From NCBI GenBank assembly GCA_965217865.1, contig CBDCJO010000002.1:1952001-2016000 (forward strand): a DNA stretch of 64,000 bases, given 5' to 3'. The DNA comes from Candidatus Latescibacterota bacterium. GTDB taxonomy: Bacteria > Latescibacterota > UBA2968 > SICM01. Numbering within the stretch: position 1 is the first letter of the stretch; every line of letters starts with the position of its first letter. Below, in pieces: positions 1 to 9,832 of the stretch. Made by a program: the position numbers and the translations under genes. A model generated the notes under the pieces. It did no database searches and was not told the origin of the DNA. It worked only from the letters and a program-made list of their open reading frames with translations.

Positions 1-1183
1 GGTAGGGGATTCCGAAGCCGATCTGGAGGTCCTGATCGAAGAACCTTTTAACAAAAATCCCGCCCTTCGACCGGAGCCGGAGGCCGATCTTGTGAAACAG
101 GCCGCCGACCTTCTTGCGAATGCGCAGAAACCCGTCCTCGTGGCCGGCGGAGGCGCGGCGACATCTCAGGCCGGTCCGGAAATTGTGAAGCTGGCCGAGA
201 TGTTATCCATGCCCGTGGCGACCTCCCTCAACGGAAAAGGGATAATCCCTGAGAACCATCCTCTGTCGATCGGAGTCGTCGGCACCTACTCCCGCTCGTG
301 CGGAAACCAGGCTGTGTGCGACGCCGACCTGGTCCTGTTCGTAGGCAGCCAAACGGGGGGGCAGGTAACGCATTTCTGGCAAATACCCCGCCAAGGTACC
401 AGGGTCATTCAGATCGACCTGGACCCGTCCGAACTGGGGCGAAACTACCCGGCGCAGGTTAGCATACTGGGGGATGCGAAAGTCACCCTCCAGCGCTTGA
501 TCGATGCGGTGGAACCCCCAGATTCAAACACCGAATGGAAAGATCACGTCCAACAACTGGTTTCGAAATGGCGCAAGGAGTTTGAGCCCCTTTTAAGCTC
601 GGATGCATCTCCCATGCGTCCCGAGCGCCTCTGTCGGGAGATGACGGATTTCCTTCCCTCCGACGCCGTCCTGGTTTCCGACACCGGTCACTCCGGAATC
701 TGGACAGGCACCATGATCGACCTCACCCAGCCGCACCAGCGATACCTGAGGTGCGCGGGTTCCCTGGGTTGGGGCTTCCCCGCAGCACTCGGGGCAAAGT
801 GCGCCCTGCCCGAGCGACCGGTGATCTGCTTCACGGGGGACGGAGGCTTCTGGTATCACTTTGCAGAACTCGAAACAGCCGTGAGGAGCGGAATCAACAC
901 CGTGACAGTCGTGAACAATAACCATTCCCTGAATCAGGAAAAGGCTGTCGTAGACCGCGCTTACGGCGACAACGTATCCGGGAACCCCGAAGAAATCTGG
1001 GTCTTCCGGGATGTGGACTTCTCCAAAATCACTCAGGACATGGGATGCTTCGGGGTTCGAGTCGAACACCCTGGGGATCTCCGGAGCGCATTTGACCAGG
1101 CCCTGAACGCAGGAGTGCCTGCGGTGGTGGACGTGGTAACCGACATCGAAGCCGTGGCCCCGCTGCCTTACCTACCTGAGTGA
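1..1183 (+). CDS. Thiamine pyrophosphate-binding protein (acetolactate synthase large subunit-like), 5' end probably outside window
   Basis: ORF 92..1183 with TPP motif GDGGF...NN and central AGGG...SLNGKG domain; N-terminal domain is missing. Confidence 0.85.
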   Translation, partial: VGDSEADLEVLIEEPFNKNPALRPEPEADLVKQAADLLANAQKPVLVAGGGAATSQAGPEIVKLAEMLSMPVATSLNGKGIIPENHPLSIGVVGTYSRSCGNQAVCDADLVLFVGSQTGGQVTHFWQIPRQGTRVIQIDLDPSELGRNYPAQVSILGDAKVTLQRLIDAVEPPDSNTEWKDHVQQLVSKWRKEFEPLLSSDASPMRPERLCREMTDFLPSDAVLVSDTGHSGIWTGTMIDLTQPHQRYLRCAGSLGWGFPAALGAKCALPERPVICFTGDGGFWYHFAELETAVRSGINTVTVVNNNHSLNQEKAVVDRAYGDNVSGNPEEIWVFRDVDFSKITQDMGCFGVRVEHPGDLRSAFDQALNAGVPAVVDVVTDIEAVAPLPYLPE

Positions 1184-1406
1184 ATGCCGCCGACCTGTAA
1201 AAAAGAGCTTACCATCCACGATGGCTGAAGCGGGGCCCACATCGAAGACCGCGACTGAGATTCCTGAACCGACAAATCCCCCCCCGGAGATCACCCGACG
1301 GGGATTTTATGTTTAGGACTTTTCTATTGCGTAAGAGAATCCATCTTAAACAAATGGAAAAAAGTGGTAGTCATTGACGAAAGACAACATTCACCCCGGA
1401 GGATAG

Positions 1407-2456
1407 ATGCCCGTTATAGCAGTCAAAACACTTGAGCGGGAATGCGCCCGAATTTTCGTTGGTGGAGGATTATCCGAAGAGGAAGCCCAAACTGTTGCAC
1501 ACTCCCTTGTATTGTCCAACATCCTTGGACACGATTCCCACGGTGTGATCCGGCTTTCCCAATACATGGAGTTCATCCACGCCGGAAAGGTGAAGCCCGG
1601 CAAAAAACTCAACGTGGTTCGGGAAGCGGACGCTTCCGCTGTGGTCGATGGGAGTTGGGGATTCGGCCAATCGATCTGCCGTCAAGCGATGAACCTCGCG
1701 ATGGATAAAGCGAAGGCGCGCTCCATCGCCGCAGTGGAACTGTTTAACTGTTTCCATATCGGTCGACTGGGGGAGTACGTGGAAATTGCGGCGGCGGCCG
1801 GCATGATCGGGATCGTGATGTGCAACAACCACGGGGGCGGCCTGTTGATGCCGCCTTTTGGAGGAATCGATCCGATGATGTCTCCAAACCCCATTGCCGT
1901 TGGATTCCCGACCGGCCGTGACTTTCCGATCGTCGTGGATATGACAACGAGCGTGACAGCGGAGGGGAAAATCCGGGTAAAACGGAATCTGGGTGAAAAA
2001 ATACCGGAGGGGTGGGTCCTCGACTCGGAAGGAAATCCGGTGACGGAAACCGAGAAATTCTACGGCCCGCCCCGCGGGGCCATTCTTCCGTTTGGAGGGA
2101 ACATGGCGCATAAAGGCTCCGCCCTGGGCGTGATGGTCGATATCCTCTCCGGGGCTCTGGGAGGATGCGGGTGCAGTCGCGGGCTAACAGACATAACCGG
2201 AAACGGGGTTTTTCTGATGGCGATCGATATCCAGGCATTCACCCCACCGGATCGATTCCGCGAGGAGGTGGGATCATTTATCGAATATCTGAAGAGTTCC
2301 CGCCTGATGGAAGGATTTGACGAGATCCTGGTTCCGGGCGAAGTCGAACACCGAATGAGGGTAAAGCGTCAGAAGGAAGGGGTTGTCGTCGATGATCAGA
2401 CATGGGATCAGTTATGTGAAGCGGGACGGGAGGTAGGAGTCAAGGTTGAAGTTTGA
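1407..2456 (+). CDS. Ldh_2 family (malate/L-lactate/sulfolactate dehydrogenase-like) oxidoreductase
   Basis: GHDSHG, HIGRLG, PNPIA, DMTTS, GHKGS-like and PGE motifs; GGAGG RBS. Confidence 0.9.
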   Translation: MPVIAVKTLERECARIFVGGGLSEEEAQTVAHSLVLSNILGHDSHGVIRLSQYMEFIHAGKVKPGKKLNVVREADASAVVDGSWGFGQSICRQAMNLAMDKAKARSIAAVELFNCFHIGRLGEYVEIAAAAGMIGIVMCNNHGGGLLMPPFGGIDPMMSPNPIAVGFPTGRDFPIVVDMTTSVTAEGKIRVKRNLGEKIPEGWVLDSEGNPVTETEKFYGPPRGAILPFGGNMAHKGSALGVMVDILSGALGGCGCSRGLTDITGNGVFLMAIDIQAFTPPDRFREEVGSFIEYLKSSRLMEGFDEILVPGEVEHRMRVKRQKEGVVVDDQTWDQLCEAGREVGVKVEV

Positions 2457-2646
2457 ATTACGAATATTCGTATGAGAGCTTCCTTGCTGCCTTCTTCGAT
2501 GAAATCACCTACACGGATGCGATCTTCCGTTTCACGATTTGACGTTTCACGTTTGAGGTCTTTCAATCTTCAATCTCACCTGGCCTCTGACTTGCTTTAC
2601 CTGCCACTGCCGCTGTTACTGTATTTGCTGTCTCACGTCTCACTTT

Positions 2647-3003
2647 ATGACTCGAAAACAGTTCGAGAAACTCGTCCTCGACGCTCTAAAGGATCTCCCT
2701 GAGGAATTCCGCTCCCGACTCGATAATGTGGAGATCGTGATCGAGGGTGAACCGACTCGCGAAGATCTGAAATCAGTTGGACTGACCGAAGATGATCTTC
2801 TCCTAGGCCTCTACCACGGGACCCCCCTCACCCAGCGGACGAGCGACTACGCGATGGCACTACCGGACCGGATCGTCCTGTATCAATCAGACATCGAAGA
2901 CTGCTGCGATACGCGGGAGCAGATCGCGGAGGAGGTTCGGAAGACCGTCATCCACGAGATCGCTCATTTCTTCGGATTGGAAGAGGACGAATTGCCATAC
3001 TGA
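2647..3003 (+). CDS. Zincin-like metallopeptidase family protein
   Basis: LLGLYHG...PDRIVLY...HEIAHFFG (HExxH). Confidence 0.88.
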   Translation: MTRKQFEKLVLDALKDLPEEFRSRLDNVEIVIEGEPTREDLKSVGLTEDDLLLGLYHGTPLTQRTSDYAMALPDRIVLYQSDIEDCCDTREQIAEEVRKTVIHEIAHFFGLEEDELPY

Positions 3004-3151
3004 AAACCGGTCGTTCATTCCCCTTGTGTGGAGGGTGGAGTGATATACGAAGCCCTCCGGGACCCCGACTTGTCCCTGACCCTGAGAAGATGAGGGGTCG
3101 TCCCATTTTTCATCTTGCGAAACAGGGGGGGTTTGAGTAGTTTAAATTCAA

Positions 3152-3329
3152 CAAGGGTAGAGGCGCAGTCCTTCATCAGTACCCGGCAGAGGAGGCGGTC
3201 CAATCTGCCGTGAGAAAGGGAGGGATTGCCGAAGCCTGACGTCCATTCCGCCGCGACGCATCAGGCTGGGCCAGCGGATAAGATTCGCTGGACTGTCACA
3301 GGGTAAAAGTCCTGTGGAGCGCTCTCTTG
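3152..3329 (+). promoter_or_regulatory. Lysine riboswitch aptamer
   Basis: Conserved blocks GTAGAGGCGC, AGTA, GAAAGG, GCCGAA, CTGGGCC, GGACTGTCAC, GTGGAGCGCT in canonical order, directly upstream of asd. Confidence 0.9.
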
Positions 3330-3355
3330 TAGTTCGACAAACGCCGTTATTGAAG

Positions 3356-3400
3356 GCAGCCGGCGGAGTCCCTACCCTTGGACATCCCGGCTGTTTTTTT
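3356..3400 (+). terminator. Intrinsic terminator of the riboswitch expression platform
   Basis: GCAGCCGG/CCGGCTGT stem followed by a T run; encloses CTACCCTTG, the complement of aptamer 5' P1 strand CAAGGGTAG. Confidence 0.75.
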
Positions 3401-3430
3401 GCATCATGATGATACGAGGAGGGCCTTCTG

Positions 3431-4513
3431 ATGAATAAATTACGTGTCGGAGTGCTCGGCGGGACCGGCATGGTGGGCCAGCAGTTTATCACGCTCCTTG
3501 CCGATCACCCATGGTTTGACGTGACCACCGTCGCAGCCAGTCATCGGTCTGCCGGCAAAACCTATCGAGAGGCCGTGGCTGGTCGGTGGGTCATGACAAA
3601 AGATATCCCCTCAAGCGTCGGGGACACGGTGGTCAAAAATGTTACAGAGTTCGACCGCATCGAAAACGAGGTGGATTTTGTCTTTTCCGCCCTGGACATG
3701 GACAAAGAAGAGATCCGGTCCATGGAGGACACATATGCCAAACTCGAGATACCCGTCGTGTCCAACAACTCCGCTCATCGTTGGACCCCGGATGTCCCAA
3801 TGATCATCCCGGAGATCAATCCCGACCATATCGACATCATCCCTTCCCAGCGGAAGCGTCTGGGAACGCAACGCGGATTTATCGCCGTCAAGCCCAACTG
3901 TTCCCTCCAGCCCTATGTCCCCCCCCTCCACGCCCTGCGTGAGTTCAGGGTGACCCAGGCCACGGTTTGTACCTACCAGGCCCTGTCGGGCGCTGGAAAG
4001 ACCTTCGACACATGGCCTGAGATGGTGGACAACATCATTCCGTTCATCGGGGGAGAGGAGGACAAGAGCGTCCGAGAACCCCTGAAGATATGGGGTAAGA
4101 TCGAAGGAGACCGGATCGTTAACACGGACGAACCGGTGATCTCCGCCCAGTGCGTTCGTGTCCCCGTATCCGACGGACACATGGCGGCCACTTCCGTCTC
4201 GTTCGAGAAAACCCCCGCAATCGATGAAATTCTGGATCGATGGAGATCTTTTGAGGGAAAACCCCAGAAGATGAAACTACCGTCCGCACCCAACCCGTTT
4301 TTGAACTATCACGAAGTGGACGATCGGCCGCAAACACGCCTCGACCGCGACGCCGGGGGTGGAATGGGGGTCGTCATCGGAAGGCTCCGTGAGGACAGCA
4401 TCTTCGATTTCAAGTTCGTATCCCTCAGCCATAACACCGTTCGCGGCGCAGCTGGCGGGGGGATCCTCACCGCGGAGCTTCTGAAGGCGGAGGGTTATCT
4501 GGTCGAAAGGTGA
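3431..4513 (+). CDS. asd: Aspartate-semialdehyde dehydrogenase
   Basis: GxTGMVGQ, SNNSAHR, KPNCS, QALSGAG, RVPVSDGH, HNTVRGAAGG. Confidence 0.96.
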   Translation: MNKLRVGVLGGTGMVGQQFITLLADHPWFDVTTVAASHRSAGKTYREAVAGRWVMTKDIPSSVGDTVVKNVTEFDRIENEVDFVFSALDMDKEEIRSMEDTYAKLEIPVVSNNSAHRWTPDVPMIIPEINPDHIDIIPSQRKRLGTQRGFIAVKPNCSLQPYVPPLHALREFRVTQATVCTYQALSGAGKTFDTWPEMVDNIIPFIGGEEDKSVREPLKIWGKIEGDRIVNTDEPVISAQCVRVPVSDGHMAATSVSFEKTPAIDEILDRWRSFEGKPQKMKLPSAPNPFLNYHEVDDRPQTRLDRDAGGGMGVVIGRLREDSIFDFKFVSLSHNTVRGAAGGGILTAELLKAEGYLVER

Positions 4514-4539
4514 CTCTGAACATTTCAAGGAAGTCTCGA

Positions 4540-6480
4540 ATGAACTTCAATGGCATGCGCGTCGTCTCGTTCGAGAGTCGACGGGCCTCCGAGATGGCGG
4601 ACCTGATCCGGCGCTTCGGCGGGAGCCCCTTGAGCGCCCCCACCGTGCGGGAAGTTCCGCTTGAAGAGAACTCCGAAGCGCTGCGGTTCGCGGACCGTCT
4701 TTTTGACGGCGGGTTCGACATCGTCATCCTGCTCACAGGCGTTGGGACACGCATGCTCGCAAGGGCGGTTGAGATGAAATATCCACGGGAACGATTCATC
4801 CAGGCATTGAGCGAGGTCACGACCGTCGCCCGGGGTCCCAAACCCGTCGCCGCGCTGAAGGAAATGGACCTGACGCCGACCATCCAGATTCCGGAACCGA
4901 GCACGTGGCGGGATATTCTCGTGACCCTGGACGAGAAGAGCCCCGTGAACGGAAAACGTGTCGCCGCACAGGAATACGGTCGTCCGAGACCCGAACTTGC
5001 CGAGGGCCTGCGCAAGAGAGGGGCAGAATTAATGTGCGTCCCCGTTTACCGCTGGGCGTTGCCCGAAGACCTGTCGCCCCTGCGAAAGGCGATCCGTGAA
5101 ATCGTCGAAGGGCAAATAGACTGTGCGCTTTTCACGAGTGAAACCCAGGTGCTTCACCTTTTTCAGGTCGCGACGGAAGACGGGATCGCATCCCGATTGC
5201 AGGACGGGTTCAAGCGCATCTGCATCGGATCCATCGGACCGATCGCCACAGGCGCCGTCTCTGAAAAGGAGATGAAAGTCGACCACGAACCCGAGTCGCC
5301 GAAGATGGAGGAGCTGGTCTCCGACATGGCACGACGGAGTCGCGATCTGCTCCTCCGGAAACGAACGGCCGCTGCCAACGGCGTCGACACCCATCGATGG
5401 CGTCGAATCGACATGGCGTGGAAGACCTCCCAGGATGAAGACCGCGCTTCACGGACGGCCGATTCTGCGTTCATGAAGGCGTGTCGGCTCGAGAGGACCG
5501 ACTACACGCCGATCTGGCTGATGAGACAAGCCGGTCGCTATCAGCGCGAGTACCGGCAGTTGCGCGCCGACGTCCCCTTTCTCCAATTGTGCAAGACACC
5601 GGACCTCGCCGCGGAAGTCACCCTGATGGCAGTAGACCGTCTCGGCCCCGATGCCGCGATCATCTTTGCCGATATCCTCCTCGTCCTCGAACCCATGGGG
5701 ATCGGCCTGGAGTTTTCGAAAGGCGAAGGACCCGTCATCCGAAACCCCGTCCGCACAGCCCGCGACGTGGACGGAATTCGAGACGCAAACCCGGACGACC
5801 TCGGTTATGTGTTCGACGCGATCAAAATTACACGCCGCGCCCTGCATCCCGACATCCCCCTGATCGGCTTTGCCGGGGGACCCTTCACCGTCGCATCGTA
5901 TGCGGTTGAAGGCGGGGGCTCCCGCCACTACCAGAACACAAAGATGCTCATGCATCGGGACCGGGGGGCTTGGCGCGCGCTTATGGACCGGTTGACCCGG
6001 ACACTCACCGAATACCTCAACGGGCAGATCTCCGCCGGCGTGGATGTCGTTCAGCTTTTCGACAGCTGGGTCGGATGCCTCTCGCCCGATGACTACCGGG
6101 AATTCGTCCTGCCCCACGTAAAGCAACTCATACAAGGCCTGACCCCCGCCGTTCCGGTCATCCACTTTGCGACAAATAACGCGTCCTTACTCGGGTTGAT
6201 GAAGCAGGCCGGCGGTGACGTGATCGGATTGGATTGGCGGGTGGACCTGGAGGAAGCATGGTCCAGGTTGGGTGAAGACGTGGCCGTCATGGGAAATCTC
6301 GATCCGGTCGTACTATTCGCTTCCCCGGACGAAATCAGATCCCAGACGAAACGGATCCTTGACAAGGCCGCCGGCCGGCCGGGACATATTTTCAACCTCG
6401 GCCACGGCATCCTTCCCGGCACCCCTCCGAAAAACGCCGCTGCACTGATCGACGCCGTTCACGAGCTATCCGCAAGGTGA
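4540..6480 (+). CDS. hemE: Fusion of uroporphyrinogen-III synthase (HemD-like) and uroporphyrinogen decarboxylase (HemE)
   Basis: N-terminal half: FESRR, ARGPKP, VYRW, IGP (HemD-like). C-terminal half: PIWLMRQAGRY, QLFDSW, GNLDP, FNLGHG (HemE). Start could be 4510, 4540 or 4555. Confidence 0.9.
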   Translation: MNFNGMRVVSFESRRASEMADLIRRFGGSPLSAPTVREVPLEENSEALRFADRLFDGGFDIVILLTGVGTRMLARAVEMKYPRERFIQALSEVTTVARGPKPVAALKEMDLTPTIQIPEPSTWRDILVTLDEKSPVNGKRVAAQEYGRPRPELAEGLRKRGAELMCVPVYRWALPEDLSPLRKAIREIVEGQIDCALFTSETQVLHLFQVATEDGIASRLQDGFKRICIGSIGPIATGAVSEKEMKVDHEPESPKMEELVSDMARRSRDLLLRKRTAAANGVDTHRWRRIDMAWKTSQDEDRASRTADSAFMKACRLERTDYTPIWLMRQAGRYQREYRQLRADVPFLQLCKTPDLAAEVTLMAVDRLGPDAAIIFADILLVLEPMGIGLEFSKGEGPVIRNPVRTARDVDGIRDANPDDLGYVFDAIKITRRALHPDIPLIGFAGGPFTVASYAVEGGGSRHYQNTKMLMHRDRGAWRALMDRLTRTLTEYLNGQISAGVDVVQLFDSWVGCLSPDDYREFVLPHVKQLIQGLTPAVPVIHFATNNASLLGLMKQAGGDVIGLDWRVDLEEAWSRLGEDVAVMGNLDPVVLFASPDEIRSQTKRILDKAAGRPGHIFNLGHGILPGTPPKNAAALIDAVHELSAR

Positions 6481-6852
6481 CAAAGGCAGGGGCCAGATGT
6501 CGGAGGTCAGAGATCGGAAGCCAGAGGTCAGGGAAAATTGGTGTGGGGCACGGCATGCCGTGCCCCTACCTATTCAGGATGGTCTTGACGAAAATATTCA
6601 AATCGATCGGGTGTCAAACCCCCTGCGCCCCCTTCCCTAAAGGGAAGGGGGATGTCGCCTTTCACCCTCCATTGTCTCCGAGCTGAAACGCTACTGGGTT
6701 GGTTCAACGCCCTCATACCCTGTATCCCCTTCTCCCGTCCTTCGACGAGCTCAGGACAGGCTCCGCAGGAGAAGGGGACGACGACATTCATTTTCTACAT
6801 ATCAAAAACCTCTCCTTTCTCTTCATCAAACAAATAGATCATTTCGAATTTG

Positions 6853-6911
6853 CCCTCTCCCGGCACCCGGGAGAGGGGTGCCGAGCTTTGCGAGGCGGGG
6901 TGAGGGAGCTT
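6853..6911 (-). repeat. ~58 bp REP-like palindromic element, copy 1 of 3
   Basis: Reverse complement of the element at 14666-14722 and 40904-40961 (GCTCCCTCACCCCGCCTCGC..GCTCGGCACCCCTCTCCCGGGTG.CGGGAGAGGG). Confidence 0.85.
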
Positions 6912-6993
6912 GACGGCAAGCCAAAATGTCATAGCGCCTTCCGGACCCATATCCCCGGATTGTCGATCCTATGGCCACTCCTTTTAGACGAAT

Positions 6994-7908
6994 ATGAATA
7001 CCGACGCCGTCCTCATGATCGGATTCGGGGGGCCTGAACGTCCGGAGGATATCCATCCCTTTCTGGAAAACGTCAGCCGGGGCCGTCGGATCCCTGAAGA
7101 ACGCCTGAAAGCGGTCGCACGCCAATATGAAATCATCGGTGGAAAATCACCGATGAACGAACTCACGTTCCGACAGGCGAATGCGTTAACTGCAAAGCTG
7201 GAAGGCACCCTGAATGTCTATGTCGGGATGCGCAACTGGAATCCCTTGCTCATCGATACCATCCGTCAAATGGCAGGGGACGACGTTAAGAACGCGGTCG
7301 GTGTGATCATGGCCCCCCAGGAGAGCGACTCGGGCTGGGATCAGTACCAAAGAAACGTTGCCGAGGCCGTCGCTCAGGCCGGCGTCACGATGTCGGTCGA
7401 CTATCCTCCACCCGTATTCGATCATCCCCTCTTCATCGAAGCGGTTTCTAATCGGGTCCGGGAATGCCTTTTGCAGATTCCCGATCCGAATCGAAGACAG
7501 GCCACGATCGTCTTCACCGCACACAGCATCCCGACAAGCGATCCCCTCAGGCAGCGTTACGTTCACCAGCTGAACCTCGCCGCAAAACGGGTAACGGAGA
7601 GACTGGATCATCCAGTTTGGCTCCTGTCCTACCAGAGCCGCAGCGGGCGACCTCAGGATCCCTGGCTAGAGCCCGACGTCAACGACACGCTTCGAAGCAT
7701 TTCCTCCAGGGGAGAGCGTCACGTCATCCTCGTGCCCATCGGGTTTCTGTGCGATCACGCGGAAGTCCTTTACGATCTGGATTATCAGGCCGCGCAGACG
7801 GCTCGTGAACTCGGAATCACCTTGTTCCGCGCGAAGACGGTAAACGACGACGATCTTTTTATCCAGGCTCTTGCCGAACGGGTGAGGGGGGCGACGCATG
7901 GCGGATGA
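6994..7908 (+). CDS. hemH: Ferrochelatase
   Basis: GFGGP, GGKSP, GMRNWNP, FTAHSIP, YQSRSG, WLEPD, GFLCDHAEVLYDLD. Confidence 0.95.
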   Translation: MNTDAVLMIGFGGPERPEDIHPFLENVSRGRRIPEERLKAVARQYEIIGGKSPMNELTFRQANALTAKLEGTLNVYVGMRNWNPLLIDTIRQMAGDDVKNAVGVIMAPQESDSGWDQYQRNVAEAVAQAGVTMSVDYPPPVFDHPLFIEAVSNRVRECLLQIPDPNRRQATIVFTAHSIPTSDPLRQRYVHQLNLAAKRVTERLDHPVWLLSYQSRSGRPQDPWLEPDVNDTLRSISSRGERHVILVPIGFLCDHAEVLYDLDYQAAQTARELGITLFRAKTVNDDDLFIQALAERVRGATHGG

Positions 7909-9385
7909 ACCTCAAAAGTTCAGGATCGCCGTCATCGGAGGCGGAATCACCGGCCTGAGCGTAGCGCACCGGCTGATCGAATGCAGCGAAGGCATCCCGA
8001 TGGAAGTGACCCTCCTGGAGGGGGGTGATCGTCTCGGGGGAGGGATTCGGACGATTCGTCGGGACGGCTACCTGATCGAAGCCGGACCCGACAACTTCAT
8101 CACCACAAAGCCGTGGGGATTGAACCTGTGCAAACGGATCGGGCTGGCGGACCGGTTGATCCAGACCAACGATTCTCACCGGCGCGCTTTCCTGGTTCAT
8201 CGAGACGAACTGCATCCCCTTCCCGACGGATTCCTGATGCTCGCCCCTACGCGAATCCGGTCTCTGGTGACCTCGAGGCTGTTCTCCTGGCGGGGAAAGC
8301 TCCGGATGGCCGTCGAACCGCTCATCCCAAGGAAAAAAGATGATGAAGACGAATCCCTGGCCTCTTTCGTCACCCGTCGCCTGGGCAGGGAGGCCCTCCA
8401 GCGGGCGGCCCAGCCGCTAGTGAGCGGAATCTATACCTCCGATCCGGAGACCCTCAGCCTGCGCGCAACCATGCCGAGATTTCTGGAAATGGAGAAGGAG
8501 TGTGGAAGCATCATTCGGGGGATGAGGCGTGAACAGCGGAGAAAGAAGAAAGCGGGAAACGGGGGACGGTCCGGTGAAAGCGGAGCCCGTTACAGCATGT
8601 TCGTCACGCTCGACAACGGACTCCAGGTACTGATCGACAGCCTCACTTCACGTTTGCCCCCGGGCGTGGTACGGCTCAACCGGCGTGTCGCGGGGATCAC
8701 ACCCATCCCAAACGCCGAAGACGCAGGGGCAAAACCCAGATGGAAGATTTCTCTACAGGACGGAAACGGGATGGAAGTTCACGGGATCATCATCGCGGTT
8801 CCCGCATACCGGGCGGCGAAATTCGTGGAAGGATTCGATCCTGAGTTGGGACAACAGATCGGATCGATCGAATACGCTTCTTCCGCAGTCGTAAATCTGG
8901 CCTATCGCCGGGACGACGTACCCCACCCCCTCAACGGCTTCGGTTTCATCGTCCCAGCGATCGAAAAAAGGGACATCATCGCCTGCACCTTCAGCAGCGT
9001 AAAATACTCGGGCAGGGCCCCCGAGGGCGGTCTGCTATTGCGCTGCTTTCTGGGCGGGGCCATACAACCACACATCTATGAATGGGAAGACGACGAGATG
9101 ATCCGCGCGGTACGGCGGGAGATGCGCGACCTCCTCGGAATTCAGGAAAGCCCCAAGTTCAGCCTCGTCCACCGACATCCCCAGGCCATGCCGCAATATC
9201 GCGTCGGTCACCTCCGTCACGTCTCCGGCATCCAGGACCAACTCCGCCGCCACCCGGGCCTGATCCTCGCCGGAAACGCCTATCACGGCGTCGGCATCCC
9301 GGACTGCATCCACAGCGGCGAAGAAGCGGCGGAAAACTTGGTGAAGGCACTGGGTTCGGCCTCGAATGCCGATCGTGATTCGTGA
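7898..9385 (+). CDS. hemG: Protoporphyrinogen/coproporphyrinogen oxidase (HemY type)
   Basis: IGGGITGL FAD motif, EAGPDNF, AMPQY, GVGIPDCI; the stop codon lies inside the heptamer array. Confidence 0.93.
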   Translation: MADEPQKFRIAVIGGGITGLSVAHRLIECSEGIPMEVTLLEGGDRLGGGIRTIRRDGYLIEAGPDNFITTKPWGLNLCKRIGLADRLIQTNDSHRRAFLVHRDELHPLPDGFLMLAPTRIRSLVTSRLFSWRGKLRMAVEPLIPRKKDDEDESLASFVTRRLGREALQRAAQPLVSGIYTSDPETLSLRATMPRFLEMEKECGSIIRGMRREQRRKKKAGNGGRSGESGARYSMFVTLDNGLQVLIDSLTSRLPPGVVRLNRRVAGITPIPNAEDAGAKPRWKISLQDGNGMEVHGIIIAVPAYRAAKFVEGFDPELGQQIGSIEYASSAVVNLAYRRDDVPHPLNGFGFIVPAIEKRDIIACTFSSVKYSGRAPEGGLLLRCFLGGAIQPHIYEWEDDEMIRAVRREMRDLLGIQESPKFSLVHRHPQAMPQYRVGHLRHVSGIQDQLRRHPGLILAGNAYHGVGIPDCIHSGEEAAENLVKALGSASNADRDS

Positions 9386-9593
9386 TTCGTGATTCGTGAT
9401 TCGTGATTCGTGATTCGTGATTCGTGATTCGTGATTCGTGATTCGTGATTCGTGATTCGTGATTCGTGATTCGTGATTCGTGATTCGTGATTCGTGATTC
9501 GTGATTCGTGATTCGTGATTCGTGATTCGTGATTCGTGATTCGTGATTCGTGATTCGTGATTCGTGATTCGTGATTCGTGATTCGTGATTCGT
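9373..9593. repeat. Perfect heptamer tandem repeat (TCGTGAT)x31 plus a partial unit
   Basis: Read and counted directly. Confidence 0.97.
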
Positions 9594-9832
9594 TAAGAAT
9601 CGATGCGAATAATTGGAGGAACGGCAAAGGATTTTTATCGATAGGATTCGGTTTTTCCCGAGTCACGAGTCACGAGTCACGATCCACGGACCCCGGGTTT
9701 TCCGATCCACGAACCACGATCCACGGCCTTTCCGATCCACGGACCCCGGCTTTTTCGGCCCCTGGCCCCTTCCTTTGCTTTTTCCTGCCACTGCCACCTG
9801 CTACTGCCTTTTGCCGTCTCACCTCTCACGTT

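Noticed and set aside
9373-9593. Possible CRISPR array or telomere
   Set aside because: No spacers, internal location, and no associated RT or cas gene in the window
9283-9666. ORF encoding (NHESRIT)n
   Set aside because: By-product of the heptamer array; overlaps hemG antisense; no RBS or domain
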